From NCBI GenBank assembly GCA_043228905.1, contig JBHGNT010000007.1, positions 10,354,001 through 10,418,000 of the forward strand: a stretch of 64,000 nt of DNA. The letters run 5' to 3'. The translations under genes and the position numbers were made by a program. The notes under the pieces are model-generated. The model had not been told where the DNA came from, did no database searches, and worked only from the letters and a program-made list of their open reading frames with translations. Of the stretch, positions 23,701 through 35,404 are shown piece by piece; the stretch's first letter is position 1, and the number at the start of each line of letters is the position of its first letter. Source of the DNA: Azolla caroliniana (Eukaryota; Plantae; Polypodiophyta).

Positions 23701-26258
23701 CTATCGAAGCGGGATGATGAAGCTCTCGAAAAGGATTGTATAGTAGATGAGATTTCCGAGCTTGCAGAGGATGTTAGAAAGAAGGCTGCTGAAAATTTAA
23801 AAGAGAACAAAGTATCGTTTGATCAGCTTTCTGAATATCAGTATAACATTCAGACAACAATGCATCGCATGATGGCACTCGTATCAGAGCTCTCACTCAC
23901 TCAGGTATATAAATATGTTCATGTCTATATTCTCAAAAAAATTTGGAAAATTTGCTCTCATCTCCAGAAACTCATAATGCTAGGTCTACCTTTCTCTGAA
24001 TATTTGTTTTCCTTAAGTATATGATTATGAAGTGGACATAGGATATCATAGTTCAGAGGCAAAATCTTGAAATTTGCAATGGTTTTTCTTTATTTACCCC
24101 CTTGAAAGTGTGCTATTTGAGCAATTATGTGTCTGGTTTATTCCCTTGTTTTAGACTACACGTAAATACTTAATCAGGAGTATGCTCAATTCATCATCAT
24201 TATTCTCATTTGGGGGTTAAATGAGGGGATGTAGGCAAGCATTGAAAATTTGACAGCATTTGGGGAAACAAAGAAAAACTAGGTAGTTTGGAGTTCTTCC
24301 GTAGTTTAAACATGTAGATAACGTGTGTGTGTGAGTGTGAAAGAAAGAAAGAATGATATATTAATGTCTTTTAAGAGGCCAAAATGGCCTATAAAACCAA
24401 ACAAGAGATTACATCTTAAGTGTTGTCTTGTCTTTGAGAACAACAAATCAAAATAAAATAAATATTACTCCGTAAATATAAAAATAAATAAGATATAAAG
24501 AGACGAGGGAATCTGGTTTCCGGCACGTGTGAGATTCTCAAGTTAGACATATTGTAGCTTTTGTCTTCGAAAGATCTCTAGCACAGGTCAATCCAGAATG
24601 GAAAGGTCTCTGAAGCGAGGGAAGCACCTGCGATGGTGGGAGATAATGGCCTTTATCTGTTGATGACAAGGGTGCTGTAGACGTGGTCCATGGGGCTGGG
24701 GCCTACGTGCACGAAACATTGCTATTGCCCGATCAATTGTAACCACTTTGTTATGTCTTGGTCAGGATCCCATTTGTGTATCCCTTGATTGAGTTGTAGC
24801 ATTAGTAGGAGTGATGGGGCTAAAGAAAGTTGTGATTGTCCTTTGTGGATGAGCTTGTGTCTGTATTATTGTCCTTCAACAGCTTTTCCCTATGTCTGTT
24901 GAGCTCTAGCAAAAATAGTCCTAGGCACCGTTGGTCCTCATATTCTACTACCTTGCATAGCGGGCCAAAGCATTGTTTAAAGAGGCAATGGTATCTCCCT
25001 CGGATTTCATAAAAGACACTACAAAGACAAACATAGTGTTCTTCGGAATGGGAGTGAAATTCAGATGGGTTCTCCCTGCGAAATTTTTGCGCACAATTTT
25101 CACGCGGCATTGAGTAGCACATATACACCCTTCCTTAATTGGTTTTAGACTTAATACAGATATAGTGCTTGTCACTGCCATTTTTTGTTGGTTTTCACCT
25201 TACTGTGATAATTCCCACCATTAAGAGAATGGAAAATATAAAAAATACCCTCATGTCTAGGATCTAAGATAGTAATAAAAACAAAGTTTCTCTTAAATTC
25301 AATGCCTAATATAAACAAAGTTTCTGTTTATTGTGATTAATGATGCCGAATATTCTACCTAAGATAGTAATGCACACATCTAATGAGGATGGTTAATGTT
25401 CTGATCAAAGCTTGCAGTCCTGTGAATAGCATGTTACTGTTAATCCAAGCATGCAATCAAGATTCGTCAATCTTCTAATCAGGATAATTATTAGTGATTT
25501 TGGAATCTCATGCTCATTGTTTTGGTCAACATTATTATTATTAGGGTTGAATTTGAGAAGAAACCAACTTTATAGGTGCTAAACTTTATGAGAAACTAGC
25601 TCAAAGGGATGCTTTTTTGACAGAGGCTAGGTATTAATATTACTCGAAGTGCAAGGGGCATTATTAATATTTCCCTTTTACTGCCAAAAGAGAGAAAGGG
25701 GATGAATTGACCACATAAATGCTCATATAGCATATGTAATTGATGGAAGAGGGTGATTTTGACCATATAATTGATAGAATACCACATACAGTGTCCCTCT
25801 AGAGGCTGATAGAAGGGGCAGTAATGGGCCAAACCGAGGAGGGATTTGGGGAAATAACGAAACACTGACTGCCACTTGAGTTTAACTTCCATTTTTTCTT
25901 ACTTTTCCTTTTAAAAAATCTGTAGATTCTCCTGATCACCAAATAATTCAAACTCTGACCACCGGAGCTATATACCTCTAGTGCTTGGCCAAGTGTGAAC
26001 TGATCAGATGCTTTGATGGTTGACTGTCCTAAACAGTAGAATTGACATTGTTGTATTGTTTGTAAACACAGGCTCAAGCAATGACCATGGAAAAGGAGAG
26101 GGAAGCTTTGTCTAGGATGGTTGAAGATGCCTATAGAAAGCTTCATTGTCAAGAGGTAATATATTTTGTAGTTTGTGTAATTACTCAATTAATATTAGTA
26201 TTGGTAGCTTCTAATAAACCCTGAATATGCACAGCATCCTCCACTCGAGTTATTATAA
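8716..26258 (+). CDS. CCDC146: Coiled-coil domain-containing protein 146 / MBO2-like flagellar protein, ~846 aa, ~19 exons
   Basis: Phase-consistent exons: 8716-8858, 15058-15148, 15254-15366, 15473-15602, 16005-16073, 16872-16997, 17560-17622, 17763-17879, 19956-20030, 20133-20318, 20610-20756, 20845-20961, 21050-21211, 22408-22605, 22829-23014, 23301-23465, 23560-23904, 26072-26155, 26235-26258 (last exon uncertain). Family-like motifs LYNIMRAQRNK, GISLIDRNDELCILYEKSNVQ, PQNAARW, RMMALVSELS. Confidence 0.85.
10466..11925 (-). mobile_element. 5'-truncated RTEX-like LINE in intron 1
   Basis: YTYLGVTF, LFDTLVTPTLLYGVETW, C..VESEEHYVCHC motifs; (TTTC)n tail; candidate TSD TGTGAGAA at 10458-10465 and 11926-11933. 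Confidence 0.85.
12200..13200 (-). mobile_element. Old degenerate copia RT/RNase H remnant in intron 1
   Basis: FHGRTKHIEVH, GYADAD..RQSTLG..ISWKS, KYRRLIWSLLHLT motifs, frameshifted. Confidence 0.8.
13220..13325 (-). mobile_element. Short 3' end of the RTEX-like family
   Basis: AGAAAGAAAGATATATTAACGTCTTTTAAGAGGCCAAAGTGGCC, near-identical to the ends near 10470 and 24345. Confidence 0.8.
13970..14790 (+). mobile_element. Internally deleted, decayed RTEX-like LINE (RT fragment plus 3' end)
   Basis: LLVDDIVLIS..LSVNLDK..VFN RT motif at 14110-14280; GGCCATTTTGGCC hairpin and TTTC-like tail at ~14730-14790. Confidence 0.65.
16394..16644. mobile_element. hAT-type MITE, 251 bp
   Basis: 8-bp TSD CTGATTAA (16386-16393 and 16645-16652); imperfect TIR CATAGTATG/CAGAGTACG; internal GTATG/CATAC repeats. 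Confidence 0.75.
16690..16795 (+). mobile_element. Short 3' end of the RTEX-like family
   Basis: TATAGGCCATTTTGGCTTTTAAAAGATGTTAATATATCTTTCTTTC. Confidence 0.7.
18335..18668 (+). mobile_element. 3' fragment of a related RTEX-like subfamily with (ATCT)n tail
   Basis: CKVCKEGLVEDEYHLLFTCSAY zinc finger, hairpin GGTCAATATTGGCC, tail ATCTATCTATCT. Confidence 0.75.
19547..19908. mobile_element. hAT-type MITE, ~362 bp
   Basis: 8-bp TSD GTTGATGA/GTTGATGG; imperfect TIR CATAGTTGT/CAGTGTTGT; subterminal GTATTCTA repeats; AT-rich core. Confidence 0.65.
24343..25047 (-). mobile_element. 5'-truncated RTEX-like LINE, close relative of the copy at 10466
   Basis: Colinear high similarity to ~10466-11160 (SEEHYVCLCSVFYEIRGRYHCLFKQ); same tail. 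Confidence 0.88.
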
Positions 26259-29200
26259 GGAAGAGGTGAAGAATCCTTTCAAACCCTGGGACATATTATG
26301 ATGTCAAAGATGAATAAGAAAAAGAGAATTGGTATATTAATAGCTTGTTGACAACAAACAAGAGATCCAAAGCTTTACCGGAAGCTCGATTGGTTGTAGA
26401 TTATCATATCCCAAGAGTATTGCATGTTAAAGAGTACATCACATTTCGGAAACATCTAAAGCTAAGCGTGAGAGGCAATTATAATTTGTCGTCATAATTG
26501 CAGAGAAAATACTAACAAAAGAGTAATCAATAATGTAGTTAACCTTCATAGGAAATAGAAATCCAAAAAAATTGATTTGCCAGTAGAGATTACATAAATG
26601 AGAACTAATTTTAGTGTGTAATCAAATGGGTATACTTACAAAAAAAAGAGATTTTGTTGTGCGAAAGTGAGTCATTCTCCCTCCCAACACCACTTTCTTG
26701 AACCCTAACCAAACTTTTTGATTTCACACACATCACTTGGACACAAAAATGGTTTCTTTTTTTCTAATAATGTTGGTTGGCTTTGCTTGTTGATCAGAAC
26801 TGTAATATGCACTCACAGAATACTAACATAAAAGAATCCTTTGGTCGTTTGATTTAATAGAAGCTACATATAAACCTATGAGAACATGTTTAATGATGCA
26901 TTTTTCTGTCCTTCCAGAGTTAACAACTATACTATGATTAATTACAAGTTCTTGAAGGGGAAATAATGTTGTTGGCCACCAAACTAGCTTAAGGTGTGGT
27001 CAATAGAGTTGATGAGATCATGAATGTGTTAAAACAATCAAACTTATTAATGAAGAAAATGATAACATTGACATCTGCACATTTTCTTTAATAGAAAGCA
27101 TGAAAATGATATCATTGCCCTCTTGAATGTAACTTCGTTCTAATTAATAGATCATATTGCTAACTCCTAAACAAATAGCTTTGCAAAGTTGACATTACCA
27201 ATTCTAAAATAGTGAAATAGTATTGTAAAGTTTAGTATGAAATAGTGAAAGTGACAAGTTGACCAATACAATGGTAGCAATATACATGCTTCCTGCACAA
27301 TACTAAAATTTTTAGTAACGTGTAGTTATGCATATTGCATACTAAACTTTGAAATTTCTTATATCTACTTAAGAGCTTTAGCCATGCATGCAAATATTCC
27401 TAGTGTGGGTTAGTGTGATTTGATTGTTCCAATCATGTATCTTGCTTTATGTTTGAACTTGGGGTTATAGGTAATCTATCTTGGAAGATGCTAGCTAGTA
27501 ATTACATTTAATAGGGTAAAAATATACATGGCATGAGGTATACCCCAATCAAAGCATGTGGTTCTTTCATCATAGATAGCAATTCAACAAAAAAGTATAT
27601 TGTTCAAAGCTTCATTTTATTGGAAGCCATTTGGATGAATCTATAGTTAAGTTATCAAATTATCATTGTTAATGTCATGTGGTGGGATTCAATTCCATGG
27701 GATTAATTACTTCTTCCTGCAAGAATCTCAAATTTATAAATTAATGAGGTTCTTAAGGCTCTTGACTTTGTCATGTTTGCCAATATGCCTCATTGTTTTA
27801 GAAGACTATGAACAAGTAGTTGTGTGCATCGTGGCCTTCACTAAGTGATTCAAGTCCAATATAAATACTATATACATTAATTGAGAAACATCTTTAATCT
27901 TTAAAACTTCTGATAAAAAGTCAAAAGTCAATCTTTAATTTATTTCTCTAATAAATTCCTAAAGTCAGTATTTGCATTATTTATTTCCCAAGGTTGTTTG
28001 TGTGTGAGTGTGTATATGTAAAATTCCTTTCATGACAACATTTGTGAAATTCTCCTACAAATAATTGATATAATGCACCATCCAATGTAGAAAGCGAGGT
28101 TAGAAAACTTTGACATTATAGTTATAGTTATATACGGTATACCAATTGTTTGCATTGTCCAATAATTTGGGGAGCATTTTTCTTACCAATTTTTATTTGC
28201 TTGTCTCTAAATACTAGTTTAATTATTGCATCCTTACCATTCTTATGACGTCATCCTAATTGTTAAGTACCATCCCGGACAAGAACCACAAAGACGTCAA
28301 CACAGGAATATATACGAAGCTTGAAAGGAACACTAGGAAAAGGGGTAAAAGGAACAGTAGAAGGCAAATTGCCACTCTAATGTGAAGGCCCAACCCCATT
28401 ATAAAAAGTGATAAAGTCAGCTCTTCCCTGTCAGTTTTCTCCTTTCACATGGTCTTGTTAGAGGTCCACTCCCATCTCTTGAACCTATAACTTGAGGTTA
28501 AGAGTGATCAAGGGTAAGCACTAATTAACCAAACCTTAATCCCTCTAACTATGTCTTTTTATAATAGTAGTGGTTATCACCTTTCTTCTATACTTGTCTT
28601 GTTTACATATGTGCTTAATTGTGATAATCGTTAACGCAAGAGAGAATGAGTGTAAGAACTATTGAGATTAGGTTGTGAAACTAGAGGTTTGATAGTGATT
28701 GTGACCACTCTTGCTCGGTTTTCTGCAACTAGGGTAAATGGAGCTTTGGATCCTTTTGCTAACAATATCAAGATGGAGGTAGAACTCTACCAATACATAA
28801 AAATGTTTCGGTGTCATGTACACGGAAGCCACACACGAATTCAAGAACATTTTGTCTACCCTTGCAACATACAATAACTCCATGTATTTGCCTTCTTTGT
28901 TTTGTAGGCCATCCATCAACAATCAATTATAAACCCCATTTCACCCAATGTCCTCATCCTCCCTTCCTATTAGAGATAGGCTAAAGACTTAATCGTTGGG
29001 AAATTCTATATTTTGACAATAGTTTGTAGCCTTCACCACCATGTACTTGAAGTGGTTATTCTAGATGATAACCTTGTTGCGAAAGAAATGTCATAATCTT
29101 GTTGTACTTGAAGAGATGTTATTTTAGAGGAAACACTTACTTGAAGGGATCTTATTGTAGAGAAAATGCCATAATCTATCTTTCTTTTTTATATCAATAG

Positions 29201-29866
29201 TATCCTAGCTTGTTTGTCTTTCTTGCTTCACAAACTTGAAGAACAATTTCTTGGAGTGGCAACATCTAACGTGAAATGAAGTAAAGAAAAAATGCAAAGA
29301 TGGAATATTAGAGGGTCATCCTTGAATGATATGAAATATTGATCCTTTGATGACTGACTTTCACACCTCAATGTAGGGTTTAAACACATAACTATCTAGT
29401 CTCCAATAGTGGACCTCCATGTAGGCTCTCTCAACATAGCACACACATTGGTGATGGAACATGTTCTCGTAAGGTCAGTATAACATTTCAAAAGTTTTGA
29501 AAGGATATCGCCTTTAAAATCAAGATAAGGTATTCTGATAATCAAAGCTAACTAGTAACAAATTTTCTGATCAATTATCTGTCCAATTTGTCTTGTACAT
29601 TTTGTATTGAACATCTCTGTTGCCTCTCTCCCCTCTCTTATGCTATTGCTTGTTACTTCTTGACTTATAGTAACTTCTCAATCTTTCTCATTGGAGATGC
29701 ATTCCCAGTCAGCGATGTCACACACAATGCACATTACATGACTAGATTAATAAAACATCCAATGGGATTTGAAACAACATGCAATCTGACTTTTATTAGA
29801 ATGCCTTCAAATCAACTGAGTGATGTTTTATGTATGCACAATTTTGAAACCCAAACATCAATTACA

Positions 29867-32639
29867 TCAACACTGAAATCTCGTCCCAAACAAAGGTTTC
29901 GGTTTATAACCAAAGTACGTGCTACCAACCAGCAACAAACAACTGAAGGCAAGATATACCCTAATCCACACTGATGGGATAAGCATGAACCAAAGAAGCA
30001 AACCAGTACAAATCAAAATAACGAAGAAATTGAGCAAACCAGAGATAGTGCTCAATTCTCCTTCCACTGGAGTCCCTGGGAAAACACCCTCTTTGTAGAA
30101 GTGACGTAGAAGTTCGTCTTTTCTTGAGAAAGCATTGACGAGCCATGTTGACACTTCAGACTCAGAAAGAGGAATGTCAGATATGGGTATTCGCTTTATG
30201 TGGATGTGCACTTCCTTTGGATTGGTACCAACTGCGTTATCCATAAATAGTGGAAGCGGGGTTTTGTAACCGATTGTGAGATCATAAACTGCAAAAATTT
30301 GCAAGGTGGATTAAGTGAAGACTCTTTGCTATTGTTCTTTCGTAAGGTCTAGATTCCAAAAATATGTGGTGATTTAAGTCATTCTTCTCTTCTATCATCT
30401 TTTGTTACCTAAATTGCAAAAACCGAAGGTGGATTTAAGTCTTCTATATCATCTAGATAACAACACGCTTGGATTTCAGACATTTTCTGTCATTCTTTTA
30501 TCAAGTATAAAAATTCCAATGCACAAAGGGGACTCAAGACATTCTTCTATATATCTACAATCTTGTATTTGCTAAACTGCAAAAATACATGGTGGCTGAA
30601 CTGATGATTTTTGTATTGACTTCTTCTGTTGCCTAAAATGCATAAGAAATGGTGGATGAAGATATTTTTCTATGATCTTTTGTTATCTACACTTCTTCTG
30701 TTGCTTAAATTACGTAAGAAATGGTGGATGGAGATATTTTTCTATCATCTTTTGTTATCTACACAGAAACGCACAATAAACCATGAAGAGGAAGAAGGAT
30801 ACAAACAAAACAAGTGAAAGAACTCCAGGGATTTAACAGAAGACAAAGCTTAAGATCAGTTTGCATTTGGCTGATATACCTAACAGGCACAGAGAGCTTC
30901 ATTCAGCATATGACTTTGTAACCTTAAATGAGATTGGCACAAATATCACCGCCCCTAATAACTACTTCAACATGCATGTCACTATGGGACTACCTGTAAT
31001 CAGTTCGTAACACACATATCACGACCTCTAATTAGTACAACTTACATGTAACATATCTCCAAGACAAACATGTCCAGAGCTCAGAATTAGCCATGCAAAA
31101 TGTCCATAGAAAGGAAAGGCTATTTTATCACTTTTATTTTGTTACCAAGTCCAATTATAATAAAGAAAAAAAGAAACCTGCATCGATGGATCCCCTGAGT
31201 TGGTCTACGCAAGCATAGAATCCTTTTGTTCGAGGTAAGAGAACATGCTCTAGCTTTGGAAGAGAATGCTCCTCGGCATACTTTTGACTTCGGGCACACT
31301 TCTCATCACTGAATTTAGAAACAAATTAACAAGAGATATTATTAACATATATAATACATGCGAGGATGAGTTTCTTGATCATTTTCTTGAAATATGCGTA
31401 GTATCACATGATGTTCTCTATCTGGTTAACCAGTTTCTCAAAGGGTGTAGTAAGAATGAATAAAACGAAGAGTTCACTCTTGTATATGATTAAAAGAGCG
31501 ATGCATCATGTGAGATTTTAAAGCCAATGTGTCCTCATTGAAAGATCACCAGTCTTGTATTGTCTAAAGACCATGTTATGATGCAACCGATCAGCTTCTA
31601 TAAATAGAAGGCAAAATGTAGGTTTGGATAAGTTGTGAGAATTTTTTTATGTGCAAGCAAGTAAAGAAATACAGCAATGGCATGAATAAGTTACCTATCA
31701 GAGAACCACATATCCATGATTCAAACCACATGAAAGCACAAATCACCTACCACAGTTTCACATAACACAATGAAAAGCTACAAGATAGTGGGTATGCATC
31801 AAAATACACACAATTGATGAAGATGAAGATCATTGACTAAGAGAAGGTATAGAGTAGATCAAAGAGATTCAGACAGAGACAACAATGACCACATACGTGT
31901 AATCAGTTCCTTCGGGGAAGATAACGAGCCAAAGAGGATCGATTGGATCTTGGAAAGTAGAGAGGAGGGAAATGAAAGCACGTTCATCTGTCTGCCAGTT
32001 TCTCTCCACAAGAAGGAACTCGAGGAGATAGAAGGACCAACCAAACACAGGAACATTCCTCACACTGCTCTTCAACACATACTTAACATGACCTATCCTC
32101 CCTTTGCGAAGAGCCAAATTCCATATATACATCCAATCCACCTCTGTGCGGTGGTTACACATCAGTAAAACTCTCTCTCGCTCCTTAATTGCCATATTAT
32201 CCTCCTCCTCCTCATCGTCATCATCATCATCACCGTCACCATGGTCATATTTATCACGGCCTTCTGTTTGGTTGTCCATGACGAAATTTACCTTTGTTTT
32301 GTAAACCTTCTCGAAGAGATATGGCCACATGGCTAGCCAGTAGGAGAAAAAGAAGGAGTTAAGCCTTCTGCTCTGATGGACGCTAAACAGCCTGAGGAAG
32401 AAGAAGGTGACAGGACTAAGACATAATATAATGATGAAGGCTGAGGAGGTAAGGAAAGATAGAACTGGTATGGCTCTGAAGCTTTTGAAGCAAGAAGAAG
32501 ATGATGACGAAGACGAAGAATTGATGGAATGCTTCGTTTGGTGAACATCATTATTAATGATGTCTGATCGATCCCTGAGAGGTGTGGTTTCTAGGGAGGG
32601 AGACACGTTCGATGGAGAAAGTAGTTCACTCGCAGACAT
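29867..32639 (-). CDS. LPAT5: 1-acyl-sn-glycerol-3-phosphate acyltransferase, LPAT4/LPAT5 (LCLAT1-like) class, ~431 aa, 3 coding exons
   Basis: Exons 32639-31897, 31308-31178 and 30288-29867 join in frame with GT-AG sites. Motifs NHRTEVD, FPEGTD, VLLPRTKGF, DAVYDLTIGY and C-terminal hydrophobic helices. LPAT4 versus LPAT5 cannot be resolved by eye. Confidence 0.92.
30300..30765. repeat. Degenerate direct repeats in LPAT intron 2
   Basis: Recurrent GGTGGATTTAAGTC and TCTATCATCTTTTGTTA units; a ~48-bp pair near 30643 and 30716. Confidence 0.6.
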
Positions 32640-33261
32640 GCTGAACAAGAAGGAAGGAAGAAAATTATAAATGAAGAAGAAAGAAGAGCTTTTGTCTGAA
32701 CAAAAAACTTATGTCTCCGCCTGAGGTAAAGAAGCCATAGCCATAGAATATATGACGAATCTGGGGACTAGTCAAGCTCTCTACGATCTGATCTGACGAG
32801 GAAACTTCTGGTTGAGAGACTTATCTGTTATATTGTCTGATGTGAAGAAGCCATAGACATGGAGAGGATAATGATGCAGAATTCTTTAGTGGTGTGGTGC
32901 GACCTGCTGCCGACCATGATGAGATACTTACTGCCTGCTCGAGGAATTTAAAGCTCTTACTCTGATACGAAGAAGCTACATCAATTAGGCACAACCATGA
33001 CCATGGAGATGGAGATGGAGATGATGGGGATCACCACTTTGTGTTTCCGAAGGTGTAGATGATGATGCTGATGGTGGTGGTGAGAGTAATGATAAGCATG
33101 ATGATGCCTTCCTCTCAATTTTACTCTACAATTAATTATCAATCGGTTTATTGGAGAACAGTAAATCTGTGCAGATTACCTTCTAGCGACTTGACGCCAT
33201 CGCTACGAGTAGTACGCTTTGCTTCATGTCTCATCATCTCTCTGTCCTTCAGCGATGGTTG

Positions 33262-33265
<4 letters not shown>

Positions 33266-33305
<40 letters not shown>

Positions 33306-33560
33306 CATATGTATTTGATCTGTGTGTGTGTCTGTCGCCTGCTGCAGCTTCTTCTGTCTGATTTGATTTATCGATACATAATTCCAATTATAATCCTAAT
33401 TCTAATTAATATTTGTATTTGTTTGTCTGTCTGTGAATTATGCATACATAAGACATATACATATATGTATGTATTATGTATTTATTATATCTTGTTTGAT
33501 GTCTTAAAAATAACACGCACGTCTTCTTCTTCTTCTTCTTCTTGTGAGTTACGCCTCCTC

Positions 33561-33612
<52 letters not shown>

Positions 33613-33630
33613 TGCTCTCTCTCTCTCTCC
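33266..33630. repeat. (GA)n, (TTC)n and (CA)n microsatellites upstream of LPAT
   Basis: Seen directly at 33266-33300, 33522-33544 and 33562-33609. Confidence 0.95.
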
Positions 33631-34339
33631 CCTCTTCCTCATATGTATTATATGTACAATACATATACAATACATACATACATACATATATATAGTCAGA
33701 CTTTCAACCCATTCCCATGTTTCCTATGAAACATCATGAAAGAAGCATTCATGCGTTCTCCAATTCTCTTGCACTCTCTCCAGCTTGTCATTTGGAGTTT
33801 GGACCATTTTGAACATACTGAGAAAAAAAACTTATTGTTAAGGCCCCAAATAACAATGGGTTAAAACTTGCCAAATGGTCTGATAAGTACTTCCGAAATG
33901 ATCACATTATAGGGCATTTCATAAGCCTATGTGTATTGTCCTCCAACTGAATGGTAGATAAGAAGCACGTACCTGACCCTAGTGCTCATCTCTTTAAGGG
34001 TTGAACCTAATGGGAGCCCGCCAATCCTGACTCTCCATATGAATACCTTTGCAGAAAACGGCAAATGGGAATGCCAACCATGTTATAACATTTGCCACCA
34101 GCTTGCATTTGACTTCCATACAATCTAGATTCCACACCTTTTCTACTTTAGGTGATAGCCAACATAATGATGTCATTGCATGATGATACACTATCTTTGT
34201 AGTGACTTGTAACAAGGGTCTACCATCCTATAACCACCAATCCACCCAAGATGCAACCTTTGTTTTCAATGGCAAAGATCCATGCAACAATGGTAAATCT
34301 TGTAATTTCTCCCAAATAAATCTATAATTTGGGGGAATC

Positions 34340-35184
34340 CATACTTAGCAAAGTTTTTTCAGCCTTAGCACTCCTAGGTGTCCTCGATTTCTTGTCTTTG
34401 CTCTCTTAGATTCAGGAGCCAACTCTTGTTTTATGGACAAACAATTTGCTTTAACCCAAAAATTCCTATTGAGCAACCTCCTTTGTCCCACAATTGTTAG
34501 AGTCATTAATGGTCGCCCTATTGCATCTGGAGATATAGTTGAAGAATTTGACCCAATTCGAGTACTCCTTGGTAACTTGGCTTGTGTGATTTCCTTCAAT
34601 ATAATTAGTAGTCCTGATCCAATATACTTGGTTTGAACTTCATAATCTTGAATTTGATTAGAGGAAGTGAGCAATCAATGGTTTCTAGCAAAAACCTGAA
34701 TCCAACTCCCTTGTTACTACCAACCAAGGTTCAAAACCTCATCAAATCTCGACCATCTCTCTACAAGAATTACGAGAAGATGAATAGGAAAATGAAATGT
34801 TTGTCTCTGCAATAATGGCAAACTCTATCCTCTGGTCAGATACCCTCCTCCATACCAAGTACTTGGAATTCGAAGATGTCTTCAACAAGAGTAAAGTTAG
34901 TACTCTCCTAAACCATCGTCCTTATGGTTGTTCCATTGATCTACAACATGGGAAATAGCTACCATGGGGGCCAATATATAATCTATCACCTTTTGAGGTC
35001 AAGGTGCTTCGAGAGTATATAGATGATCACTTCGCAAATGGATTCATTCGACATTCTAAAATCCCTGCTGGTGCACCCATCTTCTTGGTCAAGAAGAAAG
35101 ATGAGTCTTACGACTGGTCGTGGACCATCTAGGTTTAAACAAGATCACAATTAGAAATAGATATGTTCTACCCTTGATATCAAG
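34340..35184 (+). mobile_element. Ty3/gypsy chromovirus-like (Tf1/Tf2-type) protease and RT N-terminal fragment
   Basis: ALLDSGANSCFMD, PKHRPY..IDL, GPIYNLS, GFIRHSK.PAGAPIFLVKKKD, LNKITIRNRY.LPLI; frameshifted. Confidence 0.85.
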
Positions 35185-35276
35185 TGTCAAAGTAAACGTG
35201 TGGAAGCTTGTAAATAATAGACACAGCCGGCTGAGCCGGACAACCATAGACACTTGGGTATACAAAGAGAATGAAG

Positions 35277-35335
<59 letters not shown>

Positions 35336-35404
35336 AGTTAGCAAACAATAAAATTACTATTTAAAACAATAGTGCTCAATACTTACAATATGCTCATAAA
35401 GCAT
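35185..35404 (-). mobile_element. Partial copia LTR with (GA)n tract
   Basis: Resembles the ends of the LTRs at 7023 and 43935; (GA)n at 35281-35332. Confidence 0.55.
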
